Shown: in pieces, positions 1 through 8,353 of the stretch | How the letters are laid out: each line of letters starts with the position of its first letter | Numbering within the stretch: the stretch's first letter is position 1 | Assembly: GCA_965220245.1 (NCBI GenBank) | Contig: CBDCPI010000013.1 | Span: forward strand, 456,900-520,899 | From: Dehalococcoidia bacterium | Lineage (GTDB): Bacteria; Chloroflexota; Dehalococcoidia; Lucifugimonadales; UBA3495 | DNA length: 64,000 bases | Direction: 5' to 3' | The notes under the pieces: generated by a model | What the model saw: only the letters and a program-made list of their open reading frames with translations | Told to the model about the DNA's origin: nothing | Database searches by the model: none | Made by a program: the position numbers and the translations under genes

Positions 1-2
1 AC

Positions 3-116
3 TGGACCCGGCGGATCAAGTATGCCCTGTTGTGGGGCTCCGGGAAATTTGGAGGGCAACGGGTCGGACGCGACTACGTCCTAGAGGACGGAGATGTTAT
101 CGAACTCCACGCCTAA
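3..116 (+). CDS. 3' end of a TGS-domain GTPase gene (DRG/Obg-superfamily-like), truncated by the window edge
   Basis: Frame 3 reads WTRRIKYALLWGSGKFGGQRVGRDYVLEDGDVIELHA*. The YA.VWG...QRVG.D..LEDGDV pattern matches C-terminal TGS tails of DRG-type GTPases. No start codon lies in the window. Confidence 0.45.
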   Translation, partial: WTRRIKYALLWGSGKFGGQRVGRDYVLEDGDVIELHA

Positions 117-242
117 CACTCTCCAGACAGGTCGGCTTCCGATGAACTGGTTACCCAACGGCTGAAGCTGGAGCAGATCAATCAAGCCTTCGAGGACATG
201 AAGCAAGGCCACGTAGCCAGAAGCGTCATCACTTTTGATTAG
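117..242 (+). pseudogene. Orphan C-terminal fragment of a Zn-dependent (medium-chain) alcohol dehydrogenase
   Basis: Reads DELVTQRLKLEQINQAFEDMKQGHVARSVITFD*, which matches the canonical ADH C-terminus. It has no start codon and begins directly after the upstream stop, in the same frame. Confidence 0.6.
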
Positions 243-251
243 TTGAGAGAA

Positions 252-863
252 ATGGCTAACCGAGACAATCTGCCGCGGTGCCCGTGGGTAGACCTTAGCA
301 AGCCGGACTATACGGACTACCATGATAAGGAGTGGGGCGTGCCGGTCCACGACGACCGGGTCCTGTTCGAGTTCTTGATTCTGGAAGGGGCTCAAGCCGG
401 GCTGAGCTGGTATACCGTACTGCAAAAGCGAGAGAACTACCGGATAGCCTTCGAGAATTTCGATCCGGAATTGGTGGCGCGGTTCGACGACCGGCGGGTG
501 GAATCCCTGCTTGCCAACCCGGGCATTATTCGCAACCGGCTAAAGGTCCGGGCGGCCATTGGCAATGCCCGGAGTTTCTTGGAAACCCGGGAGGAGTTCG
601 GCAGCTTCGATGCTTACATCTGGGGATTTGTGAACGGCAGGCCGCTCGTGAATGAGTTCCGGAACCTCAGCGAGTATCCGGCCAAGACCCCACTATCGGA
701 TACGCTGAGCAAAGACCTGCGGCGGCGAGGGTTCAAGTTTGTAGGCTCAACTATATGCTACGCCCACATGCAAGCCACCGGAATGATCAACGATCACACC
801 CTCGACTGCTACCGGCGTCAAGAGATCATAGACCAGTATGATCTGAGAGAGGCGGCTACCTGA
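252..863 (+). CDS. tag: DNA-3-methyladenine glycosylase I
   Basis: RCPWV...YHD.EWGVPVHDDR.LFE.L.LEG.QAGLSW..VL.KR..YR.AF is the Tag family signature. I take ATG at 252; the ORF track starts at TTG 243. Confidence 0.9.
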   Translation: MANRDNLPRCPWVDLSKPDYTDYHDKEWGVPVHDDRVLFEFLILEGAQAGLSWYTVLQKRENYRIAFENFDPELVARFDDRRVESLLANPGIIRNRLKVRAAIGNARSFLETREEFGSFDAYIWGFVNGRPLVNEFRNLSEYPAKTPLSDTLSKDLRRRGFKFVGSTICYAHMQATGMINDHTLDCYRRQEIIDQYDLREAAT

Positions 864-1968
864 TCCGGCCCCGTCCGGCAACCTCCCACACCGACTCCAG
901 GGTCCCCCGGCGCAACCCGAACAGATGAGTGTGCAAGTGGACCGTGGTGTCGTTATGCCCCGGCACCAACTCCACCTTGTCACCGGGGCGTAACTGTCGG
1001 CTGTCGCTGTCGGTAAGGGTCACCGAGAGGTGCTCGTCGGACACACCCCGGAACTCGATGCCCGGAAGCCCCACCACTAAAGGAGGCCATTGGTCGGTGG
1101 ATATGGCCTTCATGCCCGCGTCCAACACCGCCCGGTCGGGCCCGTTGCGGCTGACTACCGAAGTGAGAATTGTCCCGGCGACGTTAAAGTCTTGGAGCAC
1201 CTTACGGTAGGCGGCGTCCATCAAAACGTAGGAGCCCGCTTGCACCTCGGTAACCCCGGGATAGTCGCCGGTGATGTTGTAGGTCCCGGTGCCTCCGGAA
1301 CTCACGATCTCAACCGGAAGCCCGGCTTGACGGATAGCATCGGCGGTCTCGGTAACCATGGCCATGGCTTCTTTAGCCCGGGTCGTACGGTCCTCCAGGT
1401 CGGCCACGGCTTGAAGGTGGCCTTCGTAGCCACAAAGCCCCCTTAGTTCCAGCCCCGGCGCTTGGGCGACGGCCTGAGCCAGTTCGAGGGCCGGTCTGCC
1501 CGGGTCCACCCCGCAGCGGTCTTGGCCGCAGTTAACGTCAACCAGGATTCCCAAGGACGCTCCCGCCGCCACTGCGGCATCGGACAACTCCCGCACGTTG
1601 CCCGCATCGTCCACCGTTACTAAAAGGTTGACTCGCTGGGCCAAGTTGACCAACCGGCGAATTTTGGCGGCCCCGATTATCTCGTAGGTAATCAAGATAT
1701 TGTCCACGCCGCCGTCGGCCATCGCCTCGGCTTCACCCAGCTTCTGGCAACACACGCCGATGGCCCCGGCGTCAATCTGTTTGTGGGCTATCTCCGGCGT
1801 CTTGTGGTGCTTCATGTGGGGCCGGAGATTAGCCGGGCGGTCTCTAAAGTAGGCCGCCATTTTCTCGATATTGCTCTCCATGGTGTCCAGGTCTATCAAA
1901 TAGCAGGGAGTGTCCAGTTCCTCCCGGCTGGCGCCCGGATTCAACGTCGGAGCCAGGTCGTATGCCAT
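856..1968 (-). CDS. DSD1-family PLP enzyme (alanine racemase N-terminal domain; D-serine or D-threo-3-hydroxyaspartate dehydratase-like)
   Basis: 370 aa. Contains TPCYLIDLD...NLRPHMKHHKTPEIA (PLP lysine context) and a C-terminal beta domain ending in ...GHNDTTVHLH. Confidence 0.8.
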   Translation of the reverse strand: MAYDLAPTLNPGASREELDTPCYLIDLDTMESNIEKMAAYFRDRPANLRPHMKHHKTPEIAHKQIDAGAIGVCCQKLGEAEAMADGGVDNILITYEIIGAAKIRRLVNLAQRVNLLVTVDDAGNVRELSDAAVAAGASLGILVDVNCGQDRCGVDPGRPALELAQAVAQAPGLELRGLCGYEGHLQAVADLEDRTTRAKEAMAMVTETADAIRQAGLPVEIVSSGGTGTYNITGDYPGVTEVQAGSYVLMDAAYRKVLQDFNVAGTILTSVVSRNGPDRAVLDAGMKAISTDQWPPLVVGLPGIEFRGVSDEHLSVTLTDSDSRQLRPGDKVELVPGHNDTTVHLHTHLFGLRRGTLESVWEVAGRGRIR

Positions 1969-1998
1969 GTTATGCCTCGCTCAGTAATCGAATAGTTG

Positions 1999-2466
1999 CT
2001 AGTCTTCGACTTCTACGATCATCTCGATTTCCACCGGCATACCAAAGGGGAGGCTGCCCATACCCACAGCCGACCGGGCGTGGCGGCCCGATTCCCCGTA
2101 AAGGCTAACCAGTAAATCGGAGGCCCCGTTGGCCACCCGGGGAGTATCCCCAAAGTCGGGAGCGCAGTTCACCATGCAAAGAAGCTTGACCACTCGCTTG
2201 ATTTTGTCCAAGTCGCCCAACTCTTCTTTCAAGGTGGCCAACAGGTTGAGCATGGTCTGGCGAGCACAGTCGTAGCCCTGCTCGATGGTGAGATCGGACC
2301 CCAGCTTGCCCAAGTGCAAAAAGCCGCCCTCGGGAAGCCCCGCGCCATGACCGGCGGTGTAGACTAAGTTCCCCGTCCGCACCGAAGGCACAAAGTTGCC
2401 CGCCGACGATCTCCGGAACGGCGGCAGTTCATGTCCTAGCTCGTTAAGCTTTTTCTCAATCTCCAT
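1999..2466 (-). CDS. RidA/YjgF-family protein
   Basis: Carries the family pattern ...VRTGNLVYTAGHG...SAVGMGSLPFGMPVEIEMIVEV. I chose ATG at 2466 because AGGAGGAAGG lies just upstream; the longer ORF to 2556 looks like a 5' extension. Confidence 0.8.
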   Translation of the reverse strand: MEIEKKLNELGHELPPFRRSSAGNFVPSVRTGNLVYTAGHGAGLPEGGFLHLGKLGSDLTIEQGYDCARQTMLNLLATLKEELGDLDKIKRVVKLLCMVNCAPDFGDTPRVANGASDLLVSLYGESGRHARSAVGMGSLPFGMPVEIEMIVEVED

Positions 2467-2780
2467 CCTTACCTTCCTCCTGTTCGATCTGTTCGATGGG
2501 GCTTGCTTCCAGGTTCCCGCCTTCCCGGACCCTGTTTCGCTAATGGTTGCGTTCAAACCGGGTGGGACTATGCTCCGGCAATCGTAGTGCGGATATCGAC
2601 GCCGGTCAACGGGGTACCTTGGGGCCGCCGTAGCGTCGCCGGGGTTGCGGGCCGTGCCTTAATGAATTACATTGGGGGCGGTTTGACCCTTGAAGTTTAG
2701 GAAATCCTTGGCACGGCACAGGACCCAATCGCCGCCAAGGACATAGACCCCAACCTGGGGAGAAGCTAGACCGGAGCAAC

Positions 2781-4196
2781 GTGATGAATAGAGTTGAGAG
2801 TCCCTTCCTATCCGCCTCTACCGCAGAGCTTGGGCGGCTGATTGAGTCCAGAGAAGTTTCTCCGGTGGAGGTCACAGAGGCCTATTTGGACCGGATAGAT
2901 AGCTTGGACTTCAAGTTCAACGCCTTTCTGACGGTGACCCGGCAGGAAGCGCTGCGAGCGGCCCAAGAGGCGGAGAGCGCGATTCTCCGGGGAGGTTACC
3001 TGGGCCCAATGCACGGAATTCCGGTGGCGGTCAAGGACCAGTTCTGGACGGCGGGAATCCGCAGCACCGGGGGCTCCAGAATTCTCGCCGATTTCATTCC
3101 CGACGAAGACGCCACGGTAATCGCCAACCTGAAAAAAGCCGGCGCAGTGCTGCTGGGGAAGACCAACCTCACCGAGTTCGCCATGGGAGGAGGCATCGAA
3201 CGGTTCAGCCCGCCGCGGAATCCCTGGGACTTGGACAGACGGACCGGCGGGTCCAGCGGCGGCTCGGCCGCGGCCACCGCCGCTTTTCTGTGCTCCACCT
3301 CTCTGGGAGAGGACACGGGTGGTTCGATCCGTTTTCCGGCTACTTGGTGCGGGCTGGTTGGACACCGGCCTACCTGGGGGCGGGTGAGCCGTTACGGGGT
3401 CATGCGGGGCGTTTGGTCGATGGACGCGGTTGGGCCCATATCCCGGACGGTCGAAGACGCCGCGATTACGTTGACGGCCATCGCCGGGTACGATCCCAAG
3501 GACCCTTACACCTGGAATTCTCCGGTCCCCGACTATCGCCGGGCACTGGACGGAAACATACGCGGTATCAGGGTCGGGATTATCCGCCAGCAGCTTAACA
3601 GCGAGCTAACTGACGCTGACACTCGGGAAGCGGTCCTCAGGGCCACTGCGGTGCTGGGCGACTTGGGGGCTACGGTTGACGAGGTCTCGATTCCCCTCAC
3701 CGACCACTCGCCGGTGCTGTCTCAGGTGCCGTTGCTGGTGGAGCCCGCGACTAATCACCGATCATGGGTCCGGGACCGCCTGCAAGAATATGGCCACAAC
3801 AACCGCATCGGCTTGCTAACCGGCAGTATCATGCCGGCCCAAGCCTACTACAAGTACCAGAAGCTAAGAAACCTGTTCCGTGAAGAGGTGCACCGGGCGC
3901 TGGACAGCTACGATGTACTAATAACTCCCACCGCCGGAGTGCCCGCCCAACCGATAGTGGACGACCCGGTGATTACCAGCAAGGAAAACGCCACGGGGTT
4001 GCGGTACTTGTTCACCCGCATCTTTAACCTGGCCAATGCTCCGGCGATTTCGGTGCCCTGCGGCTTTAGCAGTGATGGGTTACCCATAGGTCTTCAGATA
4101 GGCGGGCGCCCGGATGCTGATGAGACCCTGCTGAAAGTCGCTCATGCCTACGAGCAGAGCACCAATTGGCACACCATGAAGCCGCCCCACGCCTGA
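2781..4196 (+). CDS. Amidase (amidase-signature family, GatA-like)
   Basis: 471 aa with the GGSSGGSAAA signature and KD...G(I/T)RSTGGS context. Confidence 0.9.
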   Translation: MMNRVESPFLSASTAELGRLIESREVSPVEVTEAYLDRIDSLDFKFNAFLTVTRQEALRAAQEAESAILRGGYLGPMHGIPVAVKDQFWTAGIRSTGGSRILADFIPDEDATVIANLKKAGAVLLGKTNLTEFAMGGGIERFSPPRNPWDLDRRTGGSSGGSAAATAAFLCSTSLGEDTGGSIRFPATWCGLVGHRPTWGRVSRYGVMRGVWSMDAVGPISRTVEDAAITLTAIAGYDPKDPYTWNSPVPDYRRALDGNIRGIRVGIIRQQLNSELTDADTREAVLRATAVLGDLGATVDEVSIPLTDHSPVLSQVPLLVEPATNHRSWVRDRLQEYGHNNRIGLLTGSIMPAQAYYKYQKLRNLFREEVHRALDSYDVLITPTAGVPAQPIVDDPVITSKENATGLRYLFTRIFNLANAPAISVPCGFSSDGLPIGLQIGGRPDADETLLKVAHAYEQSTNWHTMKPPHA

Positions 4197-4222
4197 AATA
4201 GACTCCGGTGTTTCGGGTCTGC

Positions 4223-4341
4223 TTACTGATGCGTGAACAATTACCTAAACCAGTCCTCGTCTCCTGAGCTTGTCGAAGGGCCGGCCTTCGCCGGAATGAC
4301 GAAGTAGGGGACAGTTTAGAAACTTGTTCACGTATCAGTAA
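4223..4341. repeat. 119-bp MITE-like element with 18-bp terminal inverted repeats
   Basis: ttactgatgcgtgaacaa (4223-4240) and ttgttcacgtatcagtaa (4324-4341) are reverse complements at 17/18 positions. The interior holds a GC-rich REP-like palindrome. Confidence 0.55.
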
Positions 4342-4442
4342 TTGCACCGGGATTCCTTCGTCGACCGCAGCTTAAAGCGGCGGCGGTCACGTAACCTTAT
4401 GTCAAAGCGGGGATGATTACACCGGAACGCCCTTGGCCAACG

Positions 4443-5213
4443 TTATGTCAAGGCGGCGTCTACCCGGCGCCGAAAGTCTTCCGCCCCCAAGCGTAACAAG
4501 CCCCAAGCCGAGATAGTTACAAAGCTGGCGCCGAGTCTTATGAACTCGGCCACGCCTTCGACATCGCTCGGCGAGTTGCCGCCAACACCCACAAACTTGC
4601 CGCCGGCCTGGATCCGGGGCACTACGCCGCGCATCAAACGAGTGACTTCCTCCGGGCCGGGGTTGCCCATGCTCTGTCCCAGGTCTCCGGACGCCACATG
4701 CAGCACGTCGATCCCCGGCACCGACAGAATGGAGTCCAGGTTTTCCACGGCTTCGGTCTCTTCGATCATGGGTATCACCAGAGTCTGGGAGTTGACCCAG
4801 CGGGTCGACTCGCCCCGGGATACACCCACCCCATAATCGTGGGCGCGGCCGCCGCCTACGCCGCGGTGTCCTTCGGGGTAGTACCGTGCCGCCCTGGCTA
4901 CGGCGTCCGCCTGTTCTTTGGTGTTGACGTGGGGCACAATCACGCCCTGGACTCCCCGGTCCAAGAAACGGAGCATCGTCGAGTCGTCGTGGTCCGGCAC
5001 CCGGGCGATGGGCGTAATGTTGAAAACCTCGGCCGCCCGGACCATATGTTCAACTTGGTCCAAGTCCATTGGGCCGTGCTCGCAGTCAATCATCACAAAG
5101 TCGTAGCCGATGGCCCCAAATAGCTCCACCAAGTCTGGGGCGTACCGGCCAATGATCCCGCCAAAGACCACGTTGCCTTCGGCCAGTTTGGCTTTTGTTG
5201 TGTTGGTCCTCAT
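4443..5213 (-). CDS. HpcH/HpaI-family aldolase (2-keto-3-deoxy-acid aldolase)
   Basis: 256 aa. Contains ...YDFVMIDCEHGP...ARVP...LD.G..GVIVPHV.T.E.A pattern. Confidence 0.85.
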   Translation of the reverse strand: MRTNTTKAKLAEGNVVFGGIIGRYAPDLVELFGAIGYDFVMIDCEHGPMDLDQVEHMVRAAEVFNITPIARVPDHDDSTMLRFLDRGVQGVIVPHVNTKEQADAVARAARYYPEGHRGVGGGRAHDYGVGVSRGESTRWVNSQTLVIPMIEETEAVENLDSILSVPGIDVLHVASGDLGQSMGNPGPEEVTRLMRGVVPRIQAGGKFVGVGGNSPSDVEGVAEFIRLGASFVTISAWGLLRLGAEDFRRRVDAALT

Positions 5214-5383
5214 TGGTCACCTTTCTTATTCTTTAGATTGAGGTCCGGCGAATAAACAGTCGATCATCCCCGGCTCCCGTCGTCAGTTTATACAACGGTT
5301 ACCGATTGGGCTACACGTTGTTATTAATGTGATATATATACTCGACCCGTAGATGACCTCCACTGAGGATAAGGGACCCCGCA

Positions 5384-5534
5384 GGGTCTTTCAATTGTCA
5401 CCCTGAACAGAGTGAAGGGTCCAGAATTCACGGGCACGCCAAGGTTGGTTCCGGGCTAGGCGCTTAGATTCTTCAGTCGCGGAGTTTATCTTGAGCGAAG
5501 TCGAAAGGCTCCTTCAGAATGACAGTTGCAAGAC
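5384..5534. repeat. REP/MITE-like composite palindromic element (gtcaccctga...gaagggtc arm plus gattcttc...cagaatgaca arm)
   Basis: The termini ggtctttcaattgtcaccctg and cagaatgacagttgcaagac are imperfect inverted repeats. The same two-arm architecture recurs at 10640-10793, and one arm recurs at 20196-20233. Confidence 0.5.
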
Positions 5535-5611
5535 TATGTAAGTAACCCGCATGAGGAGCGTTCGTTAGAAATGAATACGGGAATGAATACTCCGCAGGTG
5601 AAGCGAGGTAG

Positions 5612-7213
5612 ATGCTTAGCCGCGCTGCTATTAGCTGTAGTGCTGAGTTTGACCGTCTTGGCGGCCGCGTCGCCGGTGATGCCCAGTCTCCGGGGCCGGC
5701 GGACCCCTTGGACCTGTATGACGAAAACGAAAACGGCGTGATCGACGGGGATGAGGCGCTTCGGGCGGCGGAAGACCACTTCGCCGGGCGCATCGACCGG
5801 GCTCTGGCGTCAAGGGTCCTGGAACTATATTTTGACGTAGCCGCGCCAGTGAGGGGGCAGTCTTGGCCGTCCCTGTGTGACCGGTATGACGGCAACAACG
5901 ACGATATGATCAACAAAGCTGAGTACCTCGCAGCATTGGATGATTACTTTGCCGGTATCATCACCAAGCACGAGTTTTTAACGGTCGCCGAATGTTATCT
6001 CAGGGCGCCTACTGCGCCCACGGACTTGACCGCCAGAGTCTATTCCGACGGCTCTAACGGCATCGTGTTGAGTTGGACTGCCCCGCCCGGCGTGGTTACG
6101 GGCTACGAAGTCCAGCGGCATATGGGCGCCGAGGGCTTAAGTTACTCGACTATCGCCACGTTCACTAACGTGGCGGTGTGGGTCTATGTTGATACCGACT
6201 TGATTGAAGGAACGACCTACCAGTACCGGGTTCGCGCCCGCAACGGCGAGATCACCGGCACATGGGCGACTTCCCCTAGTATCACGTTCAACCTCATTTC
6301 GGGTCCATGGAGCGTTCTGGGTTATAAGCGTATACCAATCGACTGGATTGTTCCTTTGGCTGAAAGGAGCGCTACTGATGAGTACAAGCTGGTGGTTCCG
6401 GCGGATACCGGGCTCCAGATAAACCGGATAACGGCCCAGAACTCCAAAAGATGCAACTGGCAATCGCCCCCGTCCACTGAGACGTCGTGGGTTGACTTGG
6501 GTACGTCTTTCTATCTGGTGCGTTGCAAGCTGGGAACGGGAACTACCAACATCGTGGTGAAGAAAAGACCTAGATCAGATCCAAACTCCGCGGGCTCCCC
6601 AGTCCGGACGTTAGGGCCCATCCTTCAGTCATGGCATCGGGCTGACCACCAAGTTGCCTATAAGATAACCAGTCCATTATTGGGCGACAAGCCACCGGGC
6701 GCCTATCCGAATTACACACAGCCGAGTCAGAGGGATTCAGAGACGGCAATCAACAACGCAGCGGTGATTTGGAATGGGATAGACCCAAATCACCCGCTCC
6801 GGCCGGGGCAAACTGTTCCCCTAACCTTTGATTTAGTCAGCGCTTCGCCCGACGTGACAATCAGAGGGTACTGGAACCCCGTTGGCGCCCAACTACCCGG
6901 CAAATGCGGCACCATCGCCTGTACCTACGCGGGCGGCACCTATCCCGAACTTGGGCATCAAGAACTTTGGATTGAGTACCCGCCGCAGTTCGCCAGTGAT
7001 TCTAACTACATGCAATGGACGAATGATCCAGACATTGCTAATGCCCCTATGACTAATTACTACTACCTGCCGCGAACAATGATGCACGAATTCGGCCATA
7101 CTGCCGGACTGGGGCACGCTGCGGACCGGTCGTATAGCATAATGGGGTCTTACAAAGTGTGGGAAGCTCCGCAACCGTACGACTTGAACGGTATGAAGGG
7201 CTTTGTTGCATGA
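5612..7213 (+). CDS. Secreted metzincin-type (M10-like) zinc metalloprotease with EF-hand/dockerin-like repeats and an FN3 module; 3' end truncated by an IS insertion, 5' end possibly frameshifted
   Basis: Two DxNxNGxIDxxE...DYFAG repeats, an FN3-like TGYEVQR...YQYRVRARNG module, and HEFGHTAGLGH plus an SIM Met-turn. The last codons (GFVA*) are IS sequence. A good signal peptide lies upstream in another frame (from 5571). Confidence 0.7.
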   Translation: MLSRAAISCSAEFDRLGGRVAGDAQSPGPADPLDLYDENENGVIDGDEALRAAEDHFAGRIDRALASRVLELYFDVAAPVRGQSWPSLCDRYDGNNDDMINKAEYLAALDDYFAGIITKHEFLTVAECYLRAPTAPTDLTARVYSDGSNGIVLSWTAPPGVVTGYEVQRHMGAEGLSYSTIATFTNVAVWVYVDTDLIEGTTYQYRVRARNGEITGTWATSPSITFNLISGPWSVLGYKRIPIDWIVPLAERSATDEYKLVVPADTGLQINRITAQNSKRCNWQSPPSTETSWVDLGTSFYLVRCKLGTGTTNIVVKKRPRSDPNSAGSPVRTLGPILQSWHRADHQVAYKITSPLLGDKPPGAYPNYTQPSQRDSETAINNAAVIWNGIDPNHPLRPGQTVPLTFDLVSASPDVTIRGYWNPVGAQLPGKCGTIACTYAGGTYPELGHQELWIEYPPQFASDSNYMQWTNDPDIANAPMTNYYYLPRTMMHEFGHTAGLGHAADRSYSIMGSYKVWEAPQPYDLNGMKGFVA

Positions 7214-8281
7214 ATATTGGCAGCACATGAAATGTCCCAACACCCTTTGAATCGAGCTATGCTACTCGATAGCTATCCGGCATTCCCAAGTGGGTCATCC
7301 GATTCAAAGCGGCACACTTTACCTTGGCTTCCACCTTCTGCTGCGGTAACTTCCTGGCCTGAAGATAGGAACCAAAGATGGTCTTGAACCGAAACATGGC
7401 AGTCTCGGCCAGGGAACGCCGATGATAGCCCGACTCTTGTTTCCACCGCTTACGTCCTGCCTTCCGAATCCTTCTCAGGTTCTCGTCCCGCACCAGGGGC
7501 GGGGTGGCACAGTTCCCATGCTGCCAGATACGGGCATCCTTTCGAGGTGGAATTGCTACCCGCCTGACACCTCTGACAGCGCAGCCCTCATATACTTTCC
7601 TTTTGTCGTAGGCCCCATCGCCACCCACCTGCTCCACTGACTCGGTGCTCTGGTCCAGAAGTTCGGGCACCGCTCCCGCATCGTCCAGGCTGGCCTCGCT
7701 CAGTACCACGGCCTGGATCTCCTGGGTTTCACTGTCCACGCTTAGATGGAGCTTCCTCCAGGTGCGCCGTTTGGTATAGCCATGCTGACGCACCTTCCAT
7801 TCTCCCTCCCCAAAGACTTTCAACCCGGTGCTGTCCAGTACCAGGTGCAAGGGCCCAGCAGCTTTCCTGAGCAAGGAAACCCCCAGGCGCTTGGCGCGCT
7901 TGCAGAGGGTGGTATAGTCCGGCACCGGCAAATCCCACTCCAGCAAGTGAAACACGGACCGGAGAAACCCTTCGGCAGCCCTCAGGGTCAAGTGGAAGAC
8001 GCTGCGCACCATCAACAGACACTGGATTGCTCCATCGGAATACTGAAACTGCCCACCGCGCTTTCGGGGGCCGTCGGGCTTCCAGGCCCCAATATCCTCT
8101 TCGCTGGTCCATAGGGTTATTGAACCCCGCTGGACCAGGCTTTCGTTGTAGTCATGCCAGTTACGTATCCGATACTGGGATTTCCTGGTGGTGGTGCGTT
8201 TCTTGGGACGAGCTTTGGAGGCTTGCGGTGTTCGCTTCATGCCTCCAGCTTAACACTACCTCCCATTCATTCAACAAAGCC
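7199..8281 (-). mobile_element. IS5-family, IS903-group insertion sequence, copy 1 (1083 bp)
   Basis: Terminal inverted repeats GGCTTTGTTG(C/A)ATGAAT closely resemble the IS903 end GGCTTTGTTGAATAAATC. A 9-bp direct repeat GGTATGAAG sits at 7190-7198 and 8282-8290. Confidence 0.9.
7257..8240 (-). CDS. IS903-group DDE transposase
   Basis: 327 aa. YRIRNWHDYNESLVQRGS...DSTGLKVFGEGEWKVRQHG...WRKLHL.VD...GDGAYD...RSLAETAMFRFK aligns by eye along the IS903 transposase. Confidence 0.92.
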   Translation of the reverse strand: MKRTPQASKARPKKRTTTRKSQYRIRNWHDYNESLVQRGSITLWTSEEDIGAWKPDGPRKRGGQFQYSDGAIQCLLMVRSVFHLTLRAAEGFLRSVFHLLEWDLPVPDYTTLCKRAKRLGVSLLRKAAGPLHLVLDSTGLKVFGEGEWKVRQHGYTKRRTWRKLHLSVDSETQEIQAVVLSEASLDDAGAVPELLDQSTESVEQVGGDGAYDKRKVYEGCAVRGVRRVAIPPRKDARIWQHGNCATPPLVRDENLRRIRKAGRKRWKQESGYHRRSLAETAMFRFKTIFGSYLQARKLPQQKVEAKVKCAALNRMTHLGMPDSYRVA

Positions 8282-8353
8282 GGTATGAAGTATACTTATC
8301 AGGGCCATACGAGGAACCATCCATAAACTGAAGAATCATCAGAGAGGCATGAG

